Counted from the whole stretch's first letter, positions 25,094 to 36,640 are shown. The stretch is 63,409 bases of DNA, filler included, from Basidiobolus ranarum (GCA_040143965.1; 33 parts of 33 records of this genome joined end to end with filler, not necessarily neighbours in it), one strand, 5' to 3'. Numbers and translations: made by a program. Notes: a model not told the origin generated them from the sequence alone.

Positions 25094-25556
25094 AGAATAA
25101 GCATGTCCAACTGGAGTACTGTCCAACTGAGGACATGATTGCTGACTTCCTTACCAAACCATTACCCAAGCCAAAATTTGAAGAATTAAAATTTAAGTTA
25201 GGATTAAGATATATGAATATTTAGTTGAGTGGGAGTGTTGTAGTTTATTGTCTTTATCACATTTGTTATCTCTGTCTTTATACACCTAACTATTTGATAT
25301 ATCACATATAAGTTAGTTAACATTACTTAGTCAAATATCACTTAGCTGAAAATTGGAACATATATTGTATACATATGTGAATAATGTGAGAATTAGCAAT
25401 TCCATATTGGAAATTTCAAATTCATCCAAATTGCCCCAAAGATAGCTCATTTTACTACCACAGATGTTCTGAACACAACCCCTGTTGAAGTTTATTGTCT
25501 TGATCATATATGTTATCCCTATCTTTATACACCTCACTATTTCATATATCACATAT
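25094..25556 (+). mobile_element. Copia RNase H end, PPT, LTR-A (25236-25482), and a second nested LTR-A start (25483-25556)
   Basis: DMIADFLTKPL, PPT GAGTGGGAG, and two TGTTG starts of the same LTR. Confidence 0.82.
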
Positions 25557-25557
25557 T

Positions 25558-25739
25558 GGACTTGTTCTCTGTGATAGTGCCAGATTGTGCTGTATATATC
25601 ATATTGGATAAAGTATTCTAAAATTTATGTGGCTCAATTTGGCACTATCCATCACCTTCTGGCATGATCAATTTCAATCAAATTTACTCTAATATATTGA
25701 TCCAAGGTCCAATAGGTCTTGGCACAATGGAACAAGTCC
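25558..25739. mobile_element. MITE, full copy inverted relative to 14658-14839
   Basis: GGACTTGTTC…GAACAAGTCC with flanks ATT and ACT. Confidence 0.8.
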
Positions 25740-25769
25740 ACTATACCAAGCTTACCATCTGGAAATTTT

Positions 25770-26919
25770 AATACCATTTAAAAAGCATCCAAAATCAAAA
25801 TCAAAATAGGCTTCCAAGCAAAACCCGCCTGGCACAAAAGGAAGAATACTAGCAATAATTGAGGACTTGAATGATGAGGAGTCTGACAGTCCACTATCCA
25901 CTTTGGAAGTCACTCACATGCCAGAAACTACTCAAGTAATGATGAAGCAGTAATTAATTTACCAGTTGTATTCCTTTCCAGCAATAATGCAAGTGAAAAG
26001 ACTGTAATCCCCCACTTAAATACTAAATCAATAGTTGAGCAAAGTTAAACAGAAACATTGTTGACACTATCTACATCCAAAATGGCAATTTTGCAAACTA
26101 TTGAACAACTGGCTATTTAAAAATTGGGATAAAATTATTACAAGGGAATTGCAGGCATAAAAATGTAATGATTATATGCAATCTTAAATAAAATAGATAA
26201 AGTTGCTATACAGCCCATGACAAGTAATACTGCCACAAAATTGCAATTAATGAAGCATTCAGAAGCAACAAATAAACAGTTAGAGAGTCACTCAACATTG
26301 ATACAAGCTCCTCAGAATGATTTACCTGGGCTACAGCCTCATGCTGCTCTCTCCATCAATTCTCATATGGGATTTCATTCAATCATACACCATATATATG
26401 AGCATCACCATGACAATCAAGCATGTGTTGGATCATTAAACTACATAAAGACCCAAAATTTCATGGGCACATGAAAGTAGAAATCACAGATAAAAACCAG
26501 TGAACCAAAACACTCTAAATGTCAGAGCTGCTGTCACTTGCTCTGATGATGAGTGGTTTAACATTTTGAAACTGTTCACAATCTTGCCCAAAATCATCAT
26601 GATTTGAGCCCATTGTGGAAACACCAAAAATCAGGCTTTACTCTGAAGGTTCTTTACCTATTTCATGTGGCTTATCCTGGGTTTTTGCAAGCAATTGGCA
26701 TTTGGGCTAGTATTGGCATCTTCATGAAACATCTCAAAAATGTACACTATTGTTGACTTGGAGTAGAAAGAAAAGCAGCTAAAGAAGTACTGAAGGAGCA
26801 GGAAGTTAGTAAACCCAAGGGAAAAGCAAAGGAGCCAGTGATTTTAGGCTCTACTGTCCTGCTTACCAAATTCTTCACGCCATTGTGAAGATCTGCAATT
26901 CCAGAGTTAGATTTACTCT
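25770..26919 (+). pseudogene. Second (accessory) ORF of the CACTA-like element, decayed
   Basis: PFKKHPKSKSK…MTSNTA…TCSDDEWFNILKL…FHVAYPGFLQAIG.WASIG; homologous to the minus-strand copies in contigs 15, 32 and 33. Confidence 0.65.
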
Positions 26920-27019
26920 NNNNNNNNNNNNNNNNNNNNNNNNNNNNNNNNNNNNNNNNNNNNTTAATTAATTAANNNNNNNNNNNNNNNNNNNNNNNNN
27001 NNNNNNNNNNNNNNNNNNN

Positions 27020-27118
27020 TATAAATGTCAACTTTCTACTCAATAAATCAATAAGTGAAAACCACCAATTCCTCTAATTCTCCAAACCACTTCCAACAGG
27101 CTCCCAAATACTTTAACA
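27020..27118 (+). repeat. LTR-B, 3' part
   Basis: Ends GGCTCCCAAATACTTTAACA. Confidence 0.8.
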
Positions 27119-27571
27119 GAGAAATGCCTAAGTCTTTAAAGTGCTTGCTTACCCACATAGCCTCCTTTGTTGATGTCATGCTGCCATTTAATCTCCTTCA
27201 GTTGTACAAAGTGCTATGGTAGGTTGTTTCATGCTACTCCAAGATATGGCACCTTCACTATAGAGAAAGATTTATCCAGTTATAGATCTTCTGTCCTCAA
27301 AATCATGTCCCCAATCTGAATCACCAAACCCAATTAGATCCTTATTTACATATGAATATGCATATCTTAATCCAAGCTCAATTATCCCCTTTAAATATCT
27401 GAAAATCCACACAACTGCTGCAAAATGCTCAGATCCTGGGTTTTGCACATCTTGGTTGACTACTCCCACCACAAAAGAGAAGCTACACAGTTCCCTTTTT
27501 GACCACTAGTAGTACAGCTATTTTCATCAAATTGAAGCTGTATCTCAGATGTAGCTTTGCTTGTTAATAAC

Positions 27572-27852
27572 TATTGAAATTACTTTGGGAGAAATATTGG
27601 TCTGGCCAGGGTTTGAACCTGGGACCTCCTTCACTCTAGTAAGGAGCTCTAACCACTGAGTTAGCAGTCCTTGTATGCTATGCCTATATTGCTAGGGAAC
27701 CTTAACTTAGTCTGCCAAGGTATGGTTCTTTGGCATATTGGCGATACAAGCAACTGATTGGCCTTAGACTTTGTGTTCAATGCAGTTGCCATACTCCATA
27801 TTTTCCTCTTTGGGAATTACTGCCTATACCACAAGTCACCAGACTATCAACA
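27572..27852 (-). mobile_element. Solo-LTR-like element (281 bp, family E) containing a tRNA-like sequence; 5-bp TSD ATAAC
   Basis: Minus-strand ends TGTTGA…TTCAATA, with ATAAC at 27567-27571 and 27853-27857. Removing it restores a continuous copia pol segment; second copy at 39969-40250. Confidence 0.8.
27598..27670 (-). tRNA. tRNA-like sequence (73 nt, anticodon position AGA, short variable loop); probably TE-borne rather than a translational tRNA
   Basis: GGACTGC TA ACTC AGTGGTTA GAGC T CCTTA CTAGAGT GAAGG AGGTC CCAGG TTCAAAC CCTGG CCAGACC A. Canonical spacing, A and B boxes and a perfect T-stem, with mismatches in the other stems. Confidence 0.6.
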
Positions 27853-28139
27853 ATAACAGACTCTTGGCTATCCCAGTTACATATAGCACATTTTTCAGTA
27901 TTTGACACAAGCCCCCTGAGATGCGCTCAAGATTGACTTCTATCTCTTCCACTCCCAGAGCTTCTATTGGCAGGTCATCTGTCATATAGACCTTCCCATT
28001 TATATCAATTTTGAGTGTTTTAAACCAGTTTTTTAATTAGAAATGTTTAGTGGCTCCAGAATCAATGTACCACATACTACAGTTTTGTTCAGAGTCACTG
28101 ATATGGCAGAAATAAATGAAACTTCCTCTTTGATTGAAA

Positions 28140-28844
28140 CTTGATTTTGTTTCTTTGACATCTCATTTTTCCGTAATTTCCAAATTAGCAATTCTTTATA
28201 TGGTGCCTAGGTATGTGAGGTTGGAGAGCTGTGAGCTTTATTTGCTGGTGTTTTGGCTTGTTGAGAGGTGCCAGGTGTTGGACAAACTTCCAAATTTAGT
28301 ACTCTTCCAACTGGTGAACCCAGTTCCATGGTAAAACTAAGCTTTTTTGCTAGTATATCTGACTCTGAAAATGCAGATCTTCATAATAGTGTGAAGAATT
28401 TGGTAAGTGGGACAGTAGAGCCTAAGCTCACTGGCTCCTTTGCTTTTGCCTTGATTTTACTAAGTTCCTGCTCCTTCAGTACTTCTTTAGCTGCTTTTCT
28501 TTCTTTTCTAAGATGATAATTGCATACATTTTTGAGATATTCATGAATAGGCCTACATTAGCCCAATTGCCACTTGCTTGCAAAAACCCAGGATAAGCCA
28601 CATGAAATAAGTTGAGAACCTTCAGAGTATTGTCTGGTTTTTGGTTTTTCCATGATTGGCTCAAATCCAGGTGATTTTGGGCAAGATTCTGCACAGTTTC
28701 CAAAATGTTAAACCACTCATCATCAGAGCAAGTGATGGCAGCTCTGATATTCAGAGTCTTTTGGTTTGCCAGTTGTGCTATGAGATTTCTACTTTCATGT
28801 TCCTAAGCACTTTTGGGTTGTTCTGTAGGCTTAATGGTCCACAA
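28140..28844 (-). pseudogene. CACTA-like accessory ORF, 3' part
   Basis: ETVQNLAQNHLDLSQSWKNQKP…FHVAYPGFLQASGNWA. Confidence 0.65.
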
Positions 28845-28944
28845 NNNNNNNNNNNNNNNNNNNNNNNNNNNNNNNNNNNNNNNNNNNNTTAATTAATTAA
28901 NNNNNNNNNNNNNNNNNNNNNNNNNNNNNNNNNNNNNNNNNNNN

Positions 28945-30550
28945 GCTATTCTCCATGTTGAAGAGTCTAAGGATAGCTACAATTCATCTAGACTAATTCA
29001 GCATGATTTTCTGGTTGGATTTATCTCTTGATCTAGATTCCAAGAAAATAACTCAATTCATCCATGTCAGTCATCTGAAATTGGCTTGATATGGCTGCTT
29101 TCTGTCTGATTAAGTATTTCTAGATCATTTGTGGCTGTGATCAAGTCATCCACAAATAGTGCCAAGATATGAATCCAATTTCTGGTTGTTTGATGTAAAT
29201 AATGTGATCTGCTGAGCATTTCTGAAGTTTTAATGATTCAAAATAGGTATCTCTCTTGTAGTACCATGTCCAGGGTGTATGCTTGAGTCCATAGCATTTG
29301 TGGAGCTTACAGGCCATATTGCGGTGTTTTAGGCCAACAAATCCATCGGGTTGCTCCAAATTGATCACATTTTCTAGATCTTTGTACTTGAAGGCTGTTA
29401 TTGCATCCATTTGATGTAAATCAAGGTTATGGATGCCTGAGAGTGCCAGGAACAATCTAATGGAGCTAAACTTGGCTACTGGAGTAAGAATTTCATTATA
29501 ATCAGCTCCTGGTGTCTGGGAATAACCGTTTGCAACAAATCTTGATTTGTTCCTTTCTATTGTTCCATCAATTCAGTTTTGGACCTTCTGGACCCCTTTG
29601 CACCCTATTGGCTTTTTCCCTGATGGTAGAGGACTTAAAACCCATGTTTTATTACCCTGAGGTGAAGAAATCTCATCAGTCATTGTTTTTCCAATAATTT
29701 TTATTCTGGACACTACAGAGCTTGAACAAGACTATATGGTATCACAGAATTTTGCATAAGCTTATACATCATCATTGGAAGCATTCCACCAGTTTCGTTG
29801 CTGATTTTACCTTCTCAATGGTCTTCTGGGTCTTGAATCATCCTCTGAAGTAATTAAGACTGGAATTTGGCTGAATAGGGCTCAGATACAGCTGGAACTG
29901 TGTCAGAAGCTTCCTGCGTAGTGCTGATTATGTTTTCTGGATCAACAAATGTGATTTGGGGTAAAAATTTGCTTTTTCATTAAAAATCACATCTCTGCAC
30001 TTAACTAGCTTCTGAATTTTGGTATCAAACAGTCTATAGGCCTTAGACCCAACAGAGTAACCCAGAAATATGCATTTACTACTTTTGGTTCCAATTTAGA
30101 GAGTTTTTGAGCTGGAATTAGGCAATAAGCAGTGCAACAAATGATTGTGAGATGATCCACATTGGTTTGGATCCATAGAGGGCTTCAAATGGAGTGGGAC
30201 TTGGTCACAATCTTATTGGGCAACTATTTTGATATTGACTGCAGTGGAGCAAGATTCAGTGCAATATTGGCAATCTACCTTTAGATCATGTTATATTGAC
30301 CTTGCCATCTCCACTATGGTCCTATCCGCATGTTCTGCAACTCCATTTTGCTGTGGAGTATAAGGTACAGTTGTTAGATACTTATTTCCATACTTAGAGC
30401 AAAAACAAGCAAGGGCTTTAGAGCAGTATTCTCCATCATTATCACTCTTTAGTACCCATATTTTTTGTTTGAATCCATTATCTACTATTGCTTTATGGTG
30501 CTTGAATGTAGCTATGGCTTCACTTCAATTTGAGAAAGATTACCCAAGTA
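28945..30550 (-). mobile_element. Copia integrase-RT remnant
   Basis: SDNDGEY, VPYTPQQNGVAE, KCIFLGY, LHQMDA.TAF and LFVDDLI motifs. Confidence 0.9.
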
Positions 30551-30556
30551 TATCTT

Positions 30557-30769
30557 GTTATTGATAAAAGTGTTTAGGACAAGATTTGGATTTGTGAATT
30601 AGACACTTAAGTTTTATTGAATTGTATATGTCCTATTTATAGTTTACTATGAAATAGGACTATTGGACGTGCTTAGATCATAACAAACATGCCTGTTAAG
30701 CATGTGTGAAAATTTGAGGTGATTTGGAGAAGTTTTGAGAAAATAGTGAAAATTGGTAAAAGTGATCTA
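30557..30769 (-). repeat. LTR-C, 3' part
   Basis: Reverse complement of 44330-44576. Confidence 0.8.
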
Positions 30770-30869
30770 NNNNNNNNNNNNNNNNNNNNNNNNNNNNNNN
30801 NNNNNNNNNNNNNTTAATTAATTAANNNNNNNNNNNNNNNNNNNNNNNNNNNNNNNNNNNNNNNNNNNN

Positions 30870-32693
30870 TAGATGCATCAGTATCAACAAAGACAGGCTT
30901 GGAAAAGTCCGGATAAGATACAGTAGCAGCTTGGGGAAGCATTGTGCACAGTGAATCAAATGCTTGATCATGCACTTTGGTCCAAACTCAGGGTAGATTT
31001 GGGTTATGCTGTAAGAAATCAAGTGGGGCACTTAGAGTAGAGGGGAGTGGCATATGTTCCCTGAAATAGTTGAAGACTCCAAGGTAGAGTTGAAGTTGTT
31101 GAGTGGTAGTAAGATTAGGCCAATCCTTAATGTTGACTAACTTGAAAGGATCTAATTGGTGGCCTATAGGAGTAGCAATAAAACCAAGTAGATTGATTTT
31201 AAGACAAGCAAAGCTGCATTTGTCAGCATTCAGGATAAGTCCAGCAGAAGTAGAAGGTTGATAATATCAGTCACTTGGGTTGCATGATCAGCTCTATTGG
31301 TTGAGAGAATGATAACATCATCAACAAACACTAAGGCATAGCTGGCATCTTTGAGAATAATAGTCATGACTATTTGAAACTTGCTGGTCAACGTCTTGTG
31401 AGCAAGTCCAAAGGGTGCTCCTTGAAACATCCATTGCATGTTTCTCCATGTGAAAGCAGTCTTGTGTTGGTGATCTGGATGGATCAGAAATTGGTAATAA
31501 GCATCTTTTAAATCCAATTTTGAAAAACTTGTGCTGCTGAGAGTGAGGAAAAGATCGCATTGATCTTAGGTATAGGAAATTTATCATCCTGTAGTAGTTT
31601 GTTTAGAGGTCTTGGATCCAAATAGGGTCTTTTTAGAGTAAGGTTTCCTTCTGAATCCTTCTTTGCTGCTAAAGTCAAGGGGCTGTTGAAGGTAGTGCTG
31701 ACAGGTGCTTGAGTGATAATGCCTTTATCAGCCCATATCTGTACTACTTCATCAACCAAAGGTTGTAGTGTATGTGGAATTGGATATTGTCTTCTCCAAG
31801 TTGTTTCTCCAGATGGTGTTTCCAAGGTAATAAGTGACTCTGGTATTGTGCAGAAGCTGTTTTTCAGGATCTTCTGGTTTCTCTCAATAGCAGGTTGAAT
31901 GGCTACTTTGACAGAGTTGAGAAGGAAGGTGATAATTATTCTTGTTCAGAAGTTTCTGATTTTACTTCTGGTTTGTGATCAGAATCAGGTGGTAGAGATT
32001 TGGTGAATCCAGGATAAGAGACAGGTAGTCCTCCTACATTGAAGCCAAGTTAGGTGAAGATATCTAGACCAACAACAACTAAAGGTCCATCAGGGATGTT
32101 GATGACTTCCATGTGGTGTGAAATATGAGAATTTCCATATTCTATATTGAAAGAGTTGGTGATTCCTATTCTTGGGGCAGAAACATCTTTGGCAGCAAGA
32201 ATAATGGTTCCAGGCCACTCTTCTAATTCCAAATTGAGTTCTTCAACTACTGTGGGTGAGACAATAGAGTTGGTAGATCCAGTATTCAAGAGTGCTACAT
32301 AATGGTGACCATTAAATTTTAAGGGTACTTCAATAGCTTTAAGGTGGTTGGTTGATTGCTTCTTATCTTTGACAGTGGCAATTTTGGCTGAACAGTCAAA
32401 GAGATTTTGGTAGTCTTGTACTGTGAGTTCTTGATAAGCTTCTTCAAAGCTGGTAAAATCTTCTGCAGGTGTAGCCTCCAGTTGTGATGATGAATCCTTG
32501 GAGACTTCAGCGAGTTTAGCAGTAGGTGCTTTGTTTTGTGGGCATGCAGGTGCTCTATGACCAAGTTCATTGCATTTAAAGCAGCAGTCATCAGCATAGG
32601 GATTTTCTTGCTTGGTGGTTGGTTGGTTTGGCTTGCCAGATGTTGAGTTTGACTTGTTTGCTTGATTGGCTAAAGTTCTACAATCATTGGTAG
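30870..32693 (-). mobile_element. Ty3/gypsy gag-pol remnant (zinc knuckle, protease, RT, start of RNase H linker)
   Basis: CFKCNELGHRAPAC, LLNTGS (decayed DTG), RRQYPIP, FNSPL, DLKDAYYQ, KTAF…PFGL and FVDDVII motifs in gypsy order. Confidence 0.9.
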
Positions 32694-32793
32694 NNNNNNN
32701 NNNNNNNNNNNNNNNNNNNNNNNNNNNNNNNNNNNNNTTAATTAATTAANNNNNNNNNNNNNNNNNNNNNNNNNNNNNNNNNNNNNNNNNNNN

Positions 32794-33519
32794 GTTGAAT
32801 AGTAAGTGCATGGTGCCTAATGGGAAGCTCTGGCTCCAGCTGATCCCCTTTAGCAATATAATCTTAGGCTTACGGCTAATACCAAGTTTGATGTTAGACT
32901 GACTATTTGGTGAATTGATATCAGTGATCATGTTGAAATCTGACCGGGCTCTTGACGGTAAAATCATGGAGTTTAGTGTTGTATTTGGATAGTAGTAATG
33001 CGTATGCCTGTTAGAGTAAACTCCATTGATTTGACAAAATCTACAGCAAGATAGTGCATTGTGCCCACAAAAACCTCCAAGTTTACTGATGGCAGGAGTG
33101 TCACCAATACATACAATGATATTAGCTTTAATAAAATATTCACCCATCTGAACCCCATTAGATAACCATTCAAATTCCACAATCAAAGGCTCCAAGAAGC
33201 TATCTATAAGCACTGGTGATTTAGGTCCAGATATGATGGATAGTATCAAAATATTATGACTCTTATACCATTCAGAAGGAGGAAGATTTAAGTTGATTAA
33301 AATTATTGGCCAGCAAGCCTTTCCAACGGTATATTTGTTTAGTGAGAAACCATCCAGAGCCAATGCAAATGCATGATCATACATGTTCTCAAAGAAACCT
33401 TGACTTTTCAGATTCTGGTAGTGATATCCATCAAGTATATTGGTAATACCATCAGCTTTATGGTGAGTACTTTGGTATTGGATCAATGATCTATATTTGG
33501 GTGATTTCATCAAAGCTTT
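32794..33519 (-). mobile_element. Best-preserved CACTA/CMC (Tnp2-type) transposase core, open for ~240 codons
   Basis: ALALDGF, WPIILINLNLPP, IISGPKSP, DSFLEPL, IGDTPA, GHNA..CCRFC and LGTMH; retains CpGs lost in the other copies. Confidence 0.88.
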
Positions 33520-33629
33520 ACCAAAATGTATAAATGCTTCACTTCTGGACAATAAATAATTATCTCACAAAAGCTATTCACAACTCCACTTTTCTAAAGT
33601 TCCTCTAAGCAGCCCATATTTTCCCAATA
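33520..33629 (+). repeat. LTR-A, 3' part
   Basis: Ends TTCCCAATA. Confidence 0.8.
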
Positions 33630-33888
33630 AAATTAGCATTCAAGTGGTAAATGTATAAAATTTGAGTTATGTCTTTTGCACATGTGTTGATCTATGGTTC
33701 TCTGATATTGTAGCCAATTATGTGGAACTACTTTTCAAGATCACAAAATTTCACTCCTAAATCTGAAAAAATTGATTGAAATCAAATCTAACTTGACAAT
33801 TTTATAATAGCAAGTACATGGTCAATCCATAATGGATTAAAATTGTGATGGTTTTCCTACAATTACAATCCTCAAATTTCTGTTAGGG
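33630..33888 (-). mobile_element. Putative left terminus of the CACTA-like element (CCCTAACAGAAATTTGAGG)
   Basis: Reverse complement of 53397-53655; homology ends sharply at TGTTAGGG. Confidence 0.65.
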
Positions 33889-34508
33889 ATTACATCGGGA
33901 AGAATTTTGTTTTTATTAATAAGAATTATGAATGCTAAATAAAATTGTATCAAAAATACGCATGCAAGCGGCCTGATCTTCATTGCCACATACAGGTGGA
34001 GACCAGGATGGGAATATGGAAAAGGATAAAATTGCTGCTAATAAATTTGCTTTAGAACCAATCACCCAAATTCTGTAACAATGCCATTGGATTTACCCTG
34101 CAAAACAGCCAAAATGCAAGTTGAATTATTTTGGTTCCCCAATGGTTTTCTGCCAAGATGCTCATGATCCAATCTGTATTATCAGAAACTGTACCACAGC
34201 TCTTAAGAAATTATTCCAAATTATTTACTTTGCTCCTACAGTCTTCACCATGTGATACCAATGCAATAGATAGCAATTTGAGCAAAAGTTGGATTTTTTT
34301 TTGCTTAAAAGCCATGTACCAAAGAACTAGCATTAGCACATTTATAGTTTCAAAGTTTTGAAATTAAATCCAGAATAACTTACTTCATTCTAGGCAACTC
34401 TTTGAATGTAACATTATTGAATATATTGTGTATTTGCATCAACAAGTTGAGACAGATATCTCTGAAGCCAAGCACTTCTCCAGTTTCAACAACATCTGGG
34501 ACAAGCTC

Positions 34509-34617
34509 TGTTGAAGTTTATTGTCTTTATCATATATGTTATCTCTATCTTTATACACCTAACTATTTCATATATCACATATTAGTTAGTCAACATTATT
34601 TAGTCAAATATCACTTA
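34509..34617 (+). repeat. LTR-A, 5' part
   Basis: TGTTGAAGTTTATTGTC start. Confidence 0.85.
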
Positions 34618-34717
34618 NNNNNNNNNNNNNNNNNNNNNNNNNNNNNNNNNNNNNNNNNNNNTTAATTAATTAANNNNNNNNNNNNNNNNNNNNNNNNNNN
34701 NNNNNNNNNNNNNNNNN

Positions 34718-35519
34718 TGGGATCTACTTTGAGACATCTACCGATGGTCAGGTGATACTGTCCTTATATGTATATATTCTGATTATAGCTACCAATAATG
34801 ATGAAGCTCTCAGGAGCACCAAAAGAGATCTATCAGTCCAATTCAAGATGACCAAAAGAGGTGAATTTACATATTTTTTAGGCCTAAAGATTGACACAGA
34901 TATACTGGCAAATCTATTACTCTGAATCAGTCTAAATACATCTCAGACATTCTCAAACATTGCAGGTTGGAGAATTGTAAGCCAGTAGCAACTCCCATGG
35001 ATCCAGGTGTGAAACTTGTCAAAAATCCCATCAAAAATGATGAATACTGGCCAAATATGGCTCAATATATGTCATTTAAAAGCCTTGAGTTCCCTTATCA
35101 ATCTATGGTAGGCAGTTTGATCTATGCTATGACTGGAACCTGGCCAGATATTGCTTTTGCAGTAGGAGCATTTAGCCAACATGTACAAAACCCAGGATCT
35201 GAGTATTATGCAGCAGTTAAGTGGATATTCAGATATTTAATGAGGACAATTGATCTGGGATCAAGTTACACATGTTTATATGAGAATAAGGATCTAATTG
35301 GGTTTAGTGATGCCAATTGGGGATGTGATATTGAAAACAGAATATCTCTCACTTGATATATCTTTCTCTATAACAATGCAGCCATATCTTGGAATAACAA
35401 GAAACAACCCACTGTAGCACTTTCAACAACTGAAGCAGAATACATGGCAGCATCACATACAACAAAGGAAGCTATGTGGCTAAGGAAACTGTTAGGATTA
35501 AGGTATATGAATATTTAGT
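34718..35519 (+). mobile_element. Copia RT-RNase H remnant (family A), RNase H partly deleted
   Basis: CKPVATPMD, YQSMVGSLIY, GFSDANWG and VALSTTEAEYMA motifs. Confidence 0.9.
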
Positions 35520-35529
35520 TGAGTGGGAG

Positions 35530-35907
35530 TGTGGAAGTTTATTGTCTTTATAAGATTTGTTATCTCTATATTTATACACCAAACTATTTCATGTATCACA
35601 TTTAAGTTAGTCAACATTACTTAGTCAAATATTACTTAACTGAAAATCAGAACATATATTATATCTATATGTGAATAATATAAGAATTAGTTATTGCATT
35701 TTGGAAATTACAAGCTCATCCAAAATGCCCCAAAGAGAGCTCATTTTACTCCCACAGATGTTCTGAACACAACCCCAGTGTCAGTTTTCTGTATTTCCAC
35801 CACAATGTATAAATACTTTATTTCTGGACAATATATAATTATCTCGCAAAGTTATTGACAACTCCACATTTCTAAAGTTCCTCCACAGAGCCCATATTTT
35901 CCCAATA
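35530..35907 (+). repeat. Complete 3' LTR-A (378 bp, TG…TA) after PPT GAGTGGGAG
   Basis: Full-length match to 56310-56686 and 37146-37521. Confidence 0.88.
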
Positions 35908-36430
35908 AAATGGACATAATTTATCACATAAATTTTGTATGGAATCTGTTGCCATAGCTGTATATCTGAATAACAGGAGTTTTACCAGAAGTCTGTCTAA
36001 CTCTACACCATATCAAGCCCAGTTTGGTGCTAAACCTGGTGTAAAACATTTGAGGATCTTTGGATCCATTCAATTATGACCAAAGAATTGGTCTAAATTT
36101 GATCCAAAAAGTAAGAAAAGCATTTTTCTTGGTTATTGTACTCAAACTAAGGACTACTGACTCTATGATTACAAATTTTTCAAGTTAATCAAGTTCAGGG
36201 ATGTTTTGTTTAATGAATGTGAAAATGTTCACTCAAAATGACCTCAGATGTTGGCAAAAATCAATTTTCTCCTCATCCAACAATTCATATTTATTCAAAC
36301 CAAAACAATGAAGAAAATAGCATTTCTGTGGACCCTTCAACTGAGAATTTGCCTACTGAAGTGCCCAATAAAATGCCAGAAGTTATAGTACCTTTATCTT
36401 AAACCAGGTGATCAAATTGGATCAACCATA
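35908..36430 (+). mobile_element. Copia integrase C-terminal remnant
   Basis: ESVAIAVYLNNR, HLRIFGS, KFDPKS..IFLGY and RDVLFNE motifs. Confidence 0.8.
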
Positions 36431-36540
36431 GCTCATGCTGAAGCAAATGTATCAGGTTCAGTAATATTAGCAGGAATATTACTAAAATTAGCAGGTTATG
36501 GATTTTTAAGATATTCAATAGGAATATTTCCAGATGCTTC
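36431..36540 (+). pseudogene. nad4: Mitochondrial NADH dehydrogenase subunit 4 fragment (NUMT or chimeric contig end)
   Basis: Translates to [37 protein letters not shown], matching the conserved ND4 AHxEA…GS.ILAG.LLKLGGYG motif, with A/T-ending organellar codon usage. Confidence 0.85.
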
Positions 36541-36640
36541 NNNNNNNNNNNNNNNNNNNNNNNNNNNNNNNNNNNNNNNNNNNNTTAATTAATTAANNNN
36601 NNNNNNNNNNNNNNNNNNNNNNNNNNNNNNNNNNNNNNNN

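Larger units (their letters stand above)
27120..28130 (-). mobile_element. Copia pol remnants (protease region fused to RT end and RNase H), interrupted by the 281-bp insertion
   Basis: MWYIDSGATKHF, VLYVTGIAKSLL and GFGDSDWG..RRSITG motifs. Confidence 0.8.

Noticed and set aside
27598-27670. Ordinary host tRNA-Ser gene or a classical tRNA-derived SINE
   Set aside because: It has stem mismatches, no long variable arm and no T4+ terminator. The tRNA lies near the 3' end of a fixed-boundary unit rather than at a 5' head with a tail.
32746-33552. 268-aa ORF taken as a complete transposase
   Set aside because: Its first ~11 codons come from the antisense strand of an LTR-A fragment and its end runs into the N linker. 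It is an internal fragment.
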